From contig JBDLJU010000001.1 in NCBI GenBank assembly GCA_039714215.1, forward strand, positions 5,425 through 69,424: 64,000 bases of DNA, in the 5' to 3' direction. The position numbers and the translations under genes are program-made. This DNA comes from Chloroflexota bacterium (GTDB lineage: Bacteria; Chloroflexota; Anaerolineae; Anaerolineales; UBA11579). Under the pieces are notes generated by a model that did not search any database, was not told the DNA's origin, and saw nothing but the letters and a program-made list of their open reading frames with translations. Below, one piece after another: positions 48,101-55,860 of the stretch (position 1 is its first letter; each line of letters begins with the position of its first letter).

Positions 48101-50469
48101 GTAATGATCAAGCTGCCCTCGAGACTGTTCAGAAACAAATCAAGATCCAGCCGATGCAGTCCAGCTTACATGTCAGCGAAGCAGATATTTTCTGCAAGCT
48201 CTCCCAACCCAATGCAGCGCTGAACAGCATGCTGAAAGCGCTCAAACTTGCCCCGGATTCTGCACCACTGCATCTCAAAACTGCCAGACTGCAACGGACA
48301 AATCACGATCTCTCGAAGAGTCTCTTCCATATCAAACGCGCTCTGCAAGCAGATGCTGCTGATCCCGAAATTCAGATCCAGGCTGCGGAGGTGCTCCAGG
48401 CATGCTTGTTAGATGAGCAAGCCTTGTCAGTGACTTCCTCGCTGCTCGAGAATGAACAGCCAAGCCCCGCAGCGCTTGTCTTGAGAGCTGAACTGCTCCT
48501 GGATCAGAGTTTTGAAAAAGACCAGGATCAAATTGAAGATTTGGTCCGGATGGCGGCCCGCTTGTCTAGCAGTGACCCCAAACTGATGGCCCTCCAATCC
48601 CGAATCGAATCCCTTTTCGGTGACTCTTATAGAGCAGAAAGTATTTTTGAACAGGCAATGCTCAATCTCTCCGCCTATGATGTCAAAGAGCTGGACGATC
48701 TATCCCTGAGCACAATAAAACTCTCCCTTGCTAAAGCTGCACTTGAGATGAAGAAATGGGATATCTCCATATACTTCTCAAAGGAAGCACAGAAGCTAAC
48801 TCCGAATGAACCCGCTCCTTATTTACTGCAGGTGATTGCCTATACAAAACGAGCTGAGGCCCATTTCCGCAGCAGAGCAATCCATATGGGCAACCCAACC
48901 TCCGTATCGATTGCCAGACACCCAATTACGATAGCAGCTTTCAACCAGGCAATCGAATCCACCGAAAGCTTTGCCCCCGCCCCATCCGCCAACAATACAC
49001 TCAGCCGCTGGCGCACACGTGGAGAGCTTGCCTTGTTGGATAAAGAGCCAGGCACATCGATTGACACATTGAGCGAAACTCCTGATGACTTTGCCGCCCT
49101 GCTGACGGCTTTTAATAAAGCAGAAATCGTCCCTGATATAGACCTCTCACGGCATCATCAATCGGCAGAGGTGATTTTCCAACGGGCACTGCTTAATTCA
49201 CAGCTGGACCCAGAACAAGCGCTCACATTGGCTGAGACTCTCGTTCAGATGACCCCCAACAACCCTGAATATGCCGCATTGTATGCCTTCCTTGCCAAAG
49301 CGGTTGGAGAAGATCAGGTTGCATTAAACAGCATCGAACACGCCATCAGGCTGGTCAGCGGCGAGTCGTTGTGGCACGCCTTAGCTGGCGAACTGCATAT
49401 GACCTTCTCCAACTACCCTGAGGCAATCAGCCACTTTGAACTGGCTCAGAAGATCGACGAAACCAACCCAGCACACAGCTTCAACCTTGGAAAAGCATAT
49501 GCAGCCAATAACTATTACGCAAAAGCGATCCCAGCCCTTGAAAAAGCTGTCGATCAAGCCCCGCTCGAGCCAGAATACTGGATTTCACTGGCGAAAACTT
49601 ATCAAAGCAGCGAGCAGGACGATTCTGCCATCGAGGCGGTCAAGAAAGCGTTGAAATTAGCGCCGAACAGCCTAAAAATCGTGCTGTCTGCGGCAGAAAT
49701 TGCCACTCAGTCTGAAACAGAAAGCGCCGTAGGCGAGAAATTGGCTGCTAAAGCCGTATCCATGGCAACCCAATCTTCCGTAGAGATCATTCAAATTTGT
49801 GAGCTGCTGGTCAAGCTCAATCAAATTGAGCAGGCGCTGGTTTACATCAACGGAAAGATCGATTTAGCCGTTGAGCAAATTCCTCTGCTGATCCAGCGGG
49901 CGAAACTGATTGGTTTACAACAAGGCAGCCAGGAAAAACTCAACCTGCTGATCGAACTCGCCAAAGAAAATTCCAAAAACCCATTGATCTTTGCTAATCT
50001 GGCCGATGCCTACATTGATACAAACAATCCTGAGGAAGCAATTCGCTCTGCCCAGTTTGCGCTCAAGTATGCCGACCAATCACTCGACCTCCCCCACCGG
50101 GCAAAGCTGCATTACCAGCTCGGCGTGCTTCTCCGTCAGTCCGGTCAGCTCGACCAGGCATTACACCAACTGACGCAAACACTGCAGCTCACCCCGAACT
50201 TCCTGGCAGCTCACCTGGAGATCGGTGAAACACTGACCCAAAGAAATGAATTCGAAAAAGCCTTAACTCATTACCAGACGGCGATTGAAATTTCGCCGAA
50301 TGACCCCAGAGCTTACAAAGAAGCTGGGATGCTGCTCAAAGAAGGAAAAGATTATCTCGGCGCAGAAACCATGTTCCGGCAAGCTTATGCCCACGATAAA
50401 AACGACCTATTCATTCAACGCCAGCTGGCGGCTGTGATCGCCCTGGCATTAATTCACCAGCCAAGGTAA
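45184..50469 (+). CDS. Giant TPR-repeat protein (1761 aa), no signal peptide
   Basis: Uninterrupted 5.3 kb ORF. From ~aa 430 onward it has recurrent 34-aa TPR-like periodicity (e.g. ALGKIYQQDNKTEKAVKHYNQAILISPQ, LAMLYQDQGKVEKAEEILFSAFEVIPNN). Confidence 0.85.
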   Translation: MSNLLVQNLKKLFSEDQFGQIIRGLRTDAAVWTAVQDPAITKKMVDLAGPDLSRWTPAFAALTILGFSDLFPKLKTDTFSLDENLKNQALVELEKITTQSNENTYPLPIESAVLAALALRERWLILMQPDISVFKVESNLAAWKSVIACLIGLLPDPASLITDLLNANSPKLHTLAIHGLTTNPAEEEHLSDVFLRAALELSPIARIDILRQCTQLNPKLAEFLAIRLIKQLELGNRPNNNPFDNIQNLVEMSEMLKITGQYEQAIPALENLWQTTTNLQTDLTAQLAQAAAKNKDQDSALLAVEKIAKLADQIPVDASADIALAQIQTGQLDPNNLEIKSIPATNKPETPSALLAKAQLAVKNNQQDQAQTFAAQAYEATIQFLRTKDTLPSDISNTLTPDFLQALIACLIELELAIEASELADSVIAMLPNHAEIVNLFSQAKFLSGETTKSLENAYVASALEPNNPFYRRSLIEMLVKMERWQDSVREADAYLAQLDTPSTADIHLVATCYLHTKQYRDAAIIANRGLALETDSSDLHALLGKIYQQDNKTEKAVKHYNQAILISPQTTEFWSDLAMLYQDQGKVEKAEEILFSAFEVIPNNAHLHLQLGQIHCANNKSTEALAEFNIAHQYVDVETTQETRQEIFTQLGTHLQNQGYRQEALTTLEEGHQAFPVNPKIAHLLGKSLSDDGRDQEALAAFEIASQSKKVTANLLLDHSKALLAVGGKSAEAAEKISQALELEPNNQLCSPLLGEAAAQSGDHHQAINIFQNALQSDLAKDPTWQVKLSTNLANSAFELNQPEIAITFLQESLQKSPDNLLAKQTLCQAFIYTNLNRDAQRLIEEILEQNPQNLEILMWASDQAIKINDLDYASEVLNQAKEIAPQKADIMVRLGYIQLEKGEEAVARETFGQLFSAENVDISNLRLAAQALIGLGDISSSIPYLEKALELSDYKSSDLLRELTILHLQSGNDQAALETVQKQIKIQPMQSSLHVSEADIFCKLSQPNAALNSMLKALKLAPDSAPLHLKTARLQRTNHDLSKSLFHIKRALQADAADPEIQIQAAEVLQACLLDEQALSVTSSLLENEQPSPAALVLRAELLLDQSFEKDQDQIEDLVRMAARLSSSDPKLMALQSRIESLFGDSYRAESIFEQAMLNLSAYDVKELDDLSLSTIKLSLAKAALEMKKWDISIYFSKEAQKLTPNEPAPYLLQVIAYTKRAEAHFRSRAIHMGNPTSVSIARHPITIAAFNQAIESTESFAPAPSANNTLSRWRTRGELALLDKEPGTSIDTLSETPDDFAALLTAFNKAEIVPDIDLSRHHQSAEVIFQRALLNSQLDPEQALTLAETLVQMTPNNPEYAALYAFLAKAVGEDQVALNSIEHAIRLVSGESLWHALAGELHMTFSNYPEAISHFELAQKIDETNPAHSFNLGKAYAANNYYAKAIPALEKAVDQAPLEPEYWISLAKTYQSSEQDDSAIEAVKKALKLAPNSLKIVLSAAEIATQSETESAVGEKLAAKAVSMATQSSVEIIQICELLVKLNQIEQALVYINGKIDLAVEQIPLLIQRAKLIGLQQGSQEKLNLLIELAKENSKNPLIFANLADAYIDTNNPEEAIRSAQFALKYADQSLDLPHRAKLHYQLGVLLRQSGQLDQALHQLTQTLQLTPNFLAAHLEIGETLTQRNEFEKALTHYQTAIEISPNDPRAYKEAGMLLKEGKDYLGAETMFRQAYAHDKNDLFIQRQLAAVIALALIHQPR

Positions 50470-50481
50470 ACAGGATAATCC

Positions 50482-53043
50482 ATGGAAAATCTAACAAGCA
50501 CTTACACCAAATCCAGAGTTATCAACCGCAGTACGCTGCTTGCCATGCTTAACGCGGCGGTCTCGACCGGAGCAACCAAATTTGCCCGCAGGGCTGCCGC
50601 GATGTGGCTGGAGGCGTTTTCCGGCGACTTGGCAGTCGAATACCAACAAGCCGCAGCGATGTTGAAAGATGACCTGGTCACAGATGCGATACCAATACTC
50701 AAACAAATTTGTTTCACTGACCCAGAATACCTGGCTGCCCAGCGTCTATTGGCATATTCAAGCGGGCACGCTCAATACTCGTCAGTGGCAACTGCCCAAG
50801 GCTGCATTGCAGCTTTAGGCGGCAGCTACCGGGGAAGCAGTCCTGCCCCTGAATGGGCTGACCTGCTGGTAAAAGCTCGTGAAGCTGAGCGCACAAAAAA
50901 TATTTCTGAAGCGCAGCAATTCTATCTAGAAGCACTCACCCTGCAGCCAAACACGCCATTACCAGCTGTGCTGCATCTGAAATTCACTGTGGAACAATAT
51001 GACTGGAAAACCAATTACAAATTAGGCGAACAGTATATTGCCCGCTGGCCTGATGCGCTCTCCTGCATCCTCACACATGCAAACACGCTCACCGCCGGCG
51101 GCGATCAAGGACAATCGGTCAGCTTACTGCATCAAGCAGCATCCCTGGACATTGGCGGGCAGGTCGCCGCCCGGTTGTGGGGCACAACCCATGCATATCT
51201 CGGCATCTGGCCGCAGAACCCCACCCTGGAATTTAACCTCCCCATCCCCGCTGAAGTAGCCGCAGTGCTGGGCTGGAATCAGCTGCCTCAGGGGAGTGAA
51301 TCCCGGAAAAAATCTTCCCGAATATTTAACTTCAAGCAAACATCAAGTGATAATACTGAAGAAGAAATCAACGTCTCAAACCAGGTAATCGAATCCGCAA
51401 AAGAAGAATTTGAAAAACTTGCGTCAAAGCTGAAAAAATCAGACCTCGGAAATGGCGATGGCCGCTTCCCAGTTTATCTGGTGATCACCTCGCAGCAGGG
51501 GCTTGAAAAACAATATGGCATCGACCAGCTGGCATCGATTGACGCCGCTCTCAAGCAAGTGGTGACAGCAACCCAGATGCTGCCCAATTGGAACTCCTAT
51601 CTGGTGTATGTCGATGAAGCCACCTCAACGGACCAATTTGGCCTCCCCCCGGCGAAAGCGAATGACGCCTGGGCAATTAAATCCCTGATTAACAAACTAG
51701 ACGAGCGTCTTGCACAGGGAGGAGAAATGATTGGTGCAATCTTGATTGTTGGTGGGCCGACGGTGGTACCCTTCCACCACCTGCCAAATCCAATTGATGA
51801 CTTTGATACCGATGTGCCTTCAGACAACCCGTATGCCAGCTCGGATGAAAATTATTTCGTGCCCACCTGGCCGATTGGCAGGCTCCCGGGCAGCGGCGAC
51901 AGCGACCCAACCGCCTTACTGCGCCAATTAGAGAAGGTGAACCGAGACCGTAGTGCCAGGATCACCCAGAACAGCCGCTCCTTCTTCCTGAGATTGTTCG
52001 ATTGGCTGCGATCAAAGATCAGCATGAATAGCAGCAAGCACAACTTCGGTTATTCTGCCGAAGTCTGGCAGCGGGCTGCACATTCTGTTTTCCGCCCGAT
52101 CGGGAAAGCGCACACCTTGATGATTTCCCCACCGACAGAAGCGGTTAATTTCGAGCGCAAGAAACAAAAACCAAGCCGTCTGGCATACTACAACCTGCAT
52201 GGGTTGGAAGATGCCCCGGAGTGGTACGGGCAGAGAGACCCGATTGAAACGATTAATGGCCCTGACTATCCGATTGCACTACGCCCTAAGGATATCCAAA
52301 ACAGCGGCAGTGCCCCGCACATTGTGTTTTCCGAAGCCTGCTTTGGAGCGAATATCTTCCAAAAGCGGATTGAGGATGCCATTGTGCTCAAGTTCCTGGA
52401 CTCAGGCACCAAGGCAGTTGTCGGCTCAACCTGCACCTCCTACGGCTCAATCGCTCCCCCGCTGATCGCCGCAGATCTCTTAGGCAAGGCATTCTGGAGC
52501 ATTCTCAAAGATGGCTACCCTGCCGGTGAAGCGCTGCGCAGAGCAAAAATCCATCTGGCGAAAGATATGAACCGCCGGCAAGGCTACCTCGATGGTGAAG
52601 ACCAGAAAACCCTGGTTTCCTTTGTGCTTTACGGCGACCCATTAGCCCAGCCTGATTTATTGAATGAGAACACCGCTGCAAAGGCTAACTTACGCCTGAC
52701 CTACGATTCAGAAAATATCCACACAGTCTGTGACAAGGTCAATCACCCCAACGAAAATTCGATCCCGCCTGAGGTGGTCAAACAGGTCAAATCTGTGGTC
52801 AACCAATATCTCCCCGGAATGAGTAATGCCCAGGTGCACTACAGCCACAGTCATGTAGAGTGCAGCGGTCACGATTGCCCCAGCAACCATATGGGCGCTA
52901 AGACTGCACCAGATCATCCCCTCACCCGCAAAGTGGTGACACTCAGCAAGAAGTATGAAAGAGGCAAGAGCACCCATCACCAACACGCACGAATAACGAT
53001 TAATGCCAAAGGCGAGATGGTAAAACTGGCAGTATCCCGCTAG
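50482..53043 (+). CDS. Helical-repeat N-domain fused to a gingipain (C25)/caspase-like clan CD His-Cys domain; His/Cys-rich tail
   Basis: 853 aa with ILIVGGPTVVPF...VPSDNPYASSD...WPIGRLPG, then YYNLHG (His573, nt 52198-52200) and IVFSEACFG (Cys620, nt 52339-52341). This is the order and context seen in C25/CHAT/caspase folds. No signal peptide. Confidence 0.6.
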   Translation: MENLTSTYTKSRVINRSTLLAMLNAAVSTGATKFARRAAAMWLEAFSGDLAVEYQQAAAMLKDDLVTDAIPILKQICFTDPEYLAAQRLLAYSSGHAQYSSVATAQGCIAALGGSYRGSSPAPEWADLLVKAREAERTKNISEAQQFYLEALTLQPNTPLPAVLHLKFTVEQYDWKTNYKLGEQYIARWPDALSCILTHANTLTAGGDQGQSVSLLHQAASLDIGGQVAARLWGTTHAYLGIWPQNPTLEFNLPIPAEVAAVLGWNQLPQGSESRKKSSRIFNFKQTSSDNTEEEINVSNQVIESAKEEFEKLASKLKKSDLGNGDGRFPVYLVITSQQGLEKQYGIDQLASIDAALKQVVTATQMLPNWNSYLVYVDEATSTDQFGLPPAKANDAWAIKSLINKLDERLAQGGEMIGAILIVGGPTVVPFHHLPNPIDDFDTDVPSDNPYASSDENYFVPTWPIGRLPGSGDSDPTALLRQLEKVNRDRSARITQNSRSFFLRLFDWLRSKISMNSSKHNFGYSAEVWQRAAHSVFRPIGKAHTLMISPPTEAVNFERKKQKPSRLAYYNLHGLEDAPEWYGQRDPIETINGPDYPIALRPKDIQNSGSAPHIVFSEACFGANIFQKRIEDAIVLKFLDSGTKAVVGSTCTSYGSIAPPLIAADLLGKAFWSILKDGYPAGEALRRAKIHLAKDMNRRQGYLDGEDQKTLVSFVLYGDPLAQPDLLNENTAAKANLRLTYDSENIHTVCDKVNHPNENSIPPEVVKQVKSVVNQYLPGMSNAQVHYSHSHVECSGHDCPSNHMGAKTAPDHPLTRKVVTLSKKYERGKSTHHQHARITINAKGEMVKLAVSR

Positions 53044-53546
53044 TCAGTCTGCGAGCTGTGTAATTCAACAAATTCACTTTGCCTTGTAATCAGATCAAAT
53101 AAAACCATCGTGCTGCGTCCGTTCAGGCCAAGAATTTCTCCTGGATTGAGCAGCACGGTTTTATTTACCTGTTCAAGACTGGCGGTATGGTTGTGCCCAA
53201 AGCAAACCAAGTCATATTCCCCCGATTGAGCCAACCTTTTCCCAATTTCAGGGTAATGATTCATGGCTATGCGCAGGCCTTCGACTTCCAGTTCAGCCAG
53301 CTCACCATACAGCGCAAAATTGCCAGACTTGGCCGCAAGATTCGCCACAGCCTGGTGATCGCCGTCATTGTTGCCCCACACCAGATGGACAGGAATATCC
53401 CCCAAGCCTTCCACCAGCTGATTCACCATGAATGGGGAAATCAAATCGCCGCAGTGCAGCACTGCCTGACATTCCCGCAAATGAGGTAACGCCTCTTCCA
53501 TCCGCCAAAAATTATCATGAGAGTCACTGAGAATTCCAATCTGCAT
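53040..53546 (-). CDS. YfcE/MJ0936-type metallophosphoesterase
   Basis: Start taken at ATG 53546 (MQIGILSDSHDN). Motifs DSHD, HCGD, GNND and GHNH. SD GGAGAGGAAGG. Confidence 0.8.
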   Translation of the reverse strand: MQIGILSDSHDNFWRMEEALPHLRECQAVLHCGDLISPFMVNQLVEGLGDIPVHLVWGNNDGDHQAVANLAAKSGNFALYGELAELEVEGLRIAMNHYPEIGKRLAQSGEYDLVCFGHNHTASLEQVNKTVLLNPGEILGLNGRSTMVLFDLITRQSEFVELHSSQTD

Positions 53547-53621
53547 CGAGTACCTTCCTCTCCATCGCAATTGTGTTTATGATACACTCTATCCTATCAA
53601 ATTTATTCAGGATCACAAGAC

Positions 53622-54770
53622 ATGAAACAAAAGTTTATCGATACTGCAGTTACCGTAGTCAGTATGGTCATTATGTTCGCCGCTGGCTATTACACAAACC
53701 ATTTGATCAATCCTCCAGAACTTGACATGCCAGTACTTTCCCAGGCACGAGAAGTCATGGAAAACCATGCCTGGTACCCTGTCCCGCCAATCAAGGAGCA
53801 GGAATACGGGATGATCGCAGGTCTGGTAGCTTCTTATGACGACCCTTATGCCTCCTTTATCGAACCATATCAGCACGAATTGTACACCGATACTTTCCAG
53901 GGCAGCTTCGGTGGGATCGGCTCAGAGGTCACCAAAAACCAGGCTGGCGAGATCTTGCTTTATCCTTTCCCTGACAGCCCTGCGAATGAAGCAGGGATCG
54001 AAGATGGAGACCGCCTGGTATCGGTTGAGGGAACCGAGATCACCGAGGAGGATTCTTTGGATTCGGTGGTATCTATGCTGCGTGGCCCGGTTGGACAAAA
54101 AGTGAGCCTATCCGTTTACCGGCCTTCCCAGGAAACCACCCTGGATTTTAAGATTAAGCGCCAGGAATTTGCCCTTCCTTCGGTAACCTGGCGGATTCTT
54201 GAGGAGGATGCAGAGGTTGGCTTAATCCGGGTTAACCTAATTGCTGACACAACACCTGATGAAATACAACAGGCGGTGGAAGATTTAAGTTCTTCGAATG
54301 CTTCAAAATTTATCCTGGACCTGAGAGGGAACGGCGGCGGTTTACTTGAAGCAGGGGTTGAGATCGCCAGATTGTTCCTCGAAAAAGGGACGATCATCGA
54401 GCAGCAGTATGCGGGTTCTGATTTGGAAAGCTACAAGGCAAAACAAACCGGCGATCTGGCTGAAATCCCCCTGGTAGTGCTGATCGACCACAGCACCGCC
54501 AGCGCCTCAGAGATTATTGCCGGTGCCCTCCAGCAGCAGGATCGGGCAATCTTGATCGGTACACCATCTTTTGGGAAGAACGAGATTCAATATGTTTTCA
54601 AACTGCAGGATGATTCAAGTATCCATGTCACAGCGGGAAAATGGTGGCTCCCAGGAGAAGAGTCGATAGAAGACTTTTTCCTCTCACCAGATATCGTCAT
54701 CTCTCCAGAAAATTACTCCGACAGCGAGCATTTTCTTAAAGCCATCGAGTATTTTTCAAGCATCGATTAA
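53622..54770 (+). CDS. S41 family C-terminal processing peptidase with PDZ domain
   Basis: 382 aa with an N-terminal TM anchor, a PDZ domain (GIGSEV..GDRLVSVEG), LDLRGNGGG and catalytic Ser in STASASE. Confidence 0.9.
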   Translation: MKQKFIDTAVTVVSMVIMFAAGYYTNHLINPPELDMPVLSQAREVMENHAWYPVPPIKEQEYGMIAGLVASYDDPYASFIEPYQHELYTDTFQGSFGGIGSEVTKNQAGEILLYPFPDSPANEAGIEDGDRLVSVEGTEITEEDSLDSVVSMLRGPVGQKVSLSVYRPSQETTLDFKIKRQEFALPSVTWRILEEDAEVGLIRVNLIADTTPDEIQQAVEDLSSSNASKFILDLRGNGGGLLEAGVEIARLFLEKGTIIEQQYAGSDLESYKAKQTGDLAEIPLVVLIDHSTASASEIIAGALQQQDRAILIGTPSFGKNEIQYVFKLQDDSSIHVTAGKWWLPGEESIEDFFLSPDIVISPENYSDSEHFLKAIEYFSSID

Positions 54771-54793
54771 TTTTTCAATCTGATTCAAATCAC

Positions 54794-54837
54794 AAAAAAA
54801 TCCCAGCTTAAAATACGGCTGGGATTTATCTGTTTTT
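54794..54837. terminator. Bidirectional intrinsic terminator between the S41 peptidase gene and moxR
   Basis: 10-bp stem AAATCCCAGC / GCTGGGATTT (54798-54807 with 54818-54827), flanked by an A-run on the left and a T-run on the right. Confidence 0.8.
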
Positions 54838-54847
54838 ACTTCTCAGG

Positions 54848-55843
54848 TCAGCTAACCGGAACCACCCTTAATAACTCAGCGATAATTTCATCTGGGTTAA
54901 CCTGTTCTGCCTGTGCTTCGAAATTGAGCAATATGCGGTGGCGCAGCGCTGGGAATACCACACCGTGCACATCTTCGATTGCCACCGCTTTGCGATTATC
55001 CAGCAGGGCAGCCACTTTAGCGCCCCATACAACCGCCTGTACACCGCGCGGGCTGGCCCCCACCCGCAGATGCCGGCGCACACTGTCGATTGCTTCGGGT
55101 GAATCCGGCCGGGTTGCATTGACCAGGCGAGCCACATAGCGATAAACCTGGTCAGCGATCGGGACCTGTTTTGATAGAAACTGCATGGCCATCAAGGTAC
55201 CCGCCGAGGCGACCTGCTCAGCTTTCGGAAGTTCCGCACCAGTAGTCCGCTTGGCAATCTCAACCAGCTCATCCTCACTGGGATATGGCACCTCCAGTTT
55301 GAAGAGGAAACGGTCGAGCTGCGCTTCCGGCAGCGGATAGGTTCCTTCCATTTCAATCGGATTCTGGGTTGCAAGCACAAAGAAAGGTTTTGGCAGCTGG
55401 TACAAGCTTCCTCCCACCGTAACACTGCCCTCCTGCATCGCCTCTAACAGTGCAGATTGAGTACGCGGCGCTGCACGATTAATTTCATCCGCCAATACCA
55501 AATTGGCGAACAAGGGACCTTTCTCAAATTTGAATTCTCGTTCGCCCTGCTCCGAGGTGACCAGGATTGTACTCCCGATAATATCGGCAGGCATCAGGTC
55601 AGGCGTAAACTGCACCCGGTTGTAGCTGCAATCCAGCACTTCTGCAAGGGTTTTTACCAAGATTGTTTTGCCTAAGCCAGGGACACCCTCTAACAACCCA
55701 TTCCCACCAGCAAGCAAAGTGATCAGTAAATCACGTACTAACTTTTGCTGTCCAACAATAACTTTGGACAGCTGGGCTTCAATCTGGTTCGCAGCGCTGC
55801 GATATTCTTCTATACTGATCGACATGGTTTTATTTTCACTCAT
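54848..55843 (-). CDS. MoxR-family AAA+ ATPase
   Basis: Start taken at ATG 55843 (MSENKT, SD GGAG), not 55915. Walker A is GVPGLGKT, Walker B is LADEINRA, followed by ATQNP. Confidence 0.9.
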   Translation of the reverse strand: MSENKTMSISIEEYRSAANQIEAQLSKVIVGQQKLVRDLLITLLAGGNGLLEGVPGLGKTILVKTLAEVLDCSYNRVQFTPDLMPADIIGSTILVTSEQGEREFKFEKGPLFANLVLADEINRAAPRTQSALLEAMQEGSVTVGGSLYQLPKPFFVLATQNPIEMEGTYPLPEAQLDRFLFKLEVPYPSEDELVEIAKRTTGAELPKAEQVASAGTLMAMQFLSKQVPIADQVYRYVARLVNATRPDSPEAIDSVRRHLRVGASPRGVQAVVWGAKVAALLDNRKAVAIEDVHGVVFPALRHRILLNFEAQAEQVNPDEIIAELLRVVPVS

Positions 55844-55860
55844 CTTTGTACTCCGTCTGT

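Noticed and set aside
53040-53043. Convergent genes (853-aa protein and the metallophosphoesterase) overlapping by 4 bp at a palindromic CTAG that supplies both stop codons
   Set aside because: The overlap is real in the sequence but is a trivial packing feature, and no regulatory meaning can be supported.
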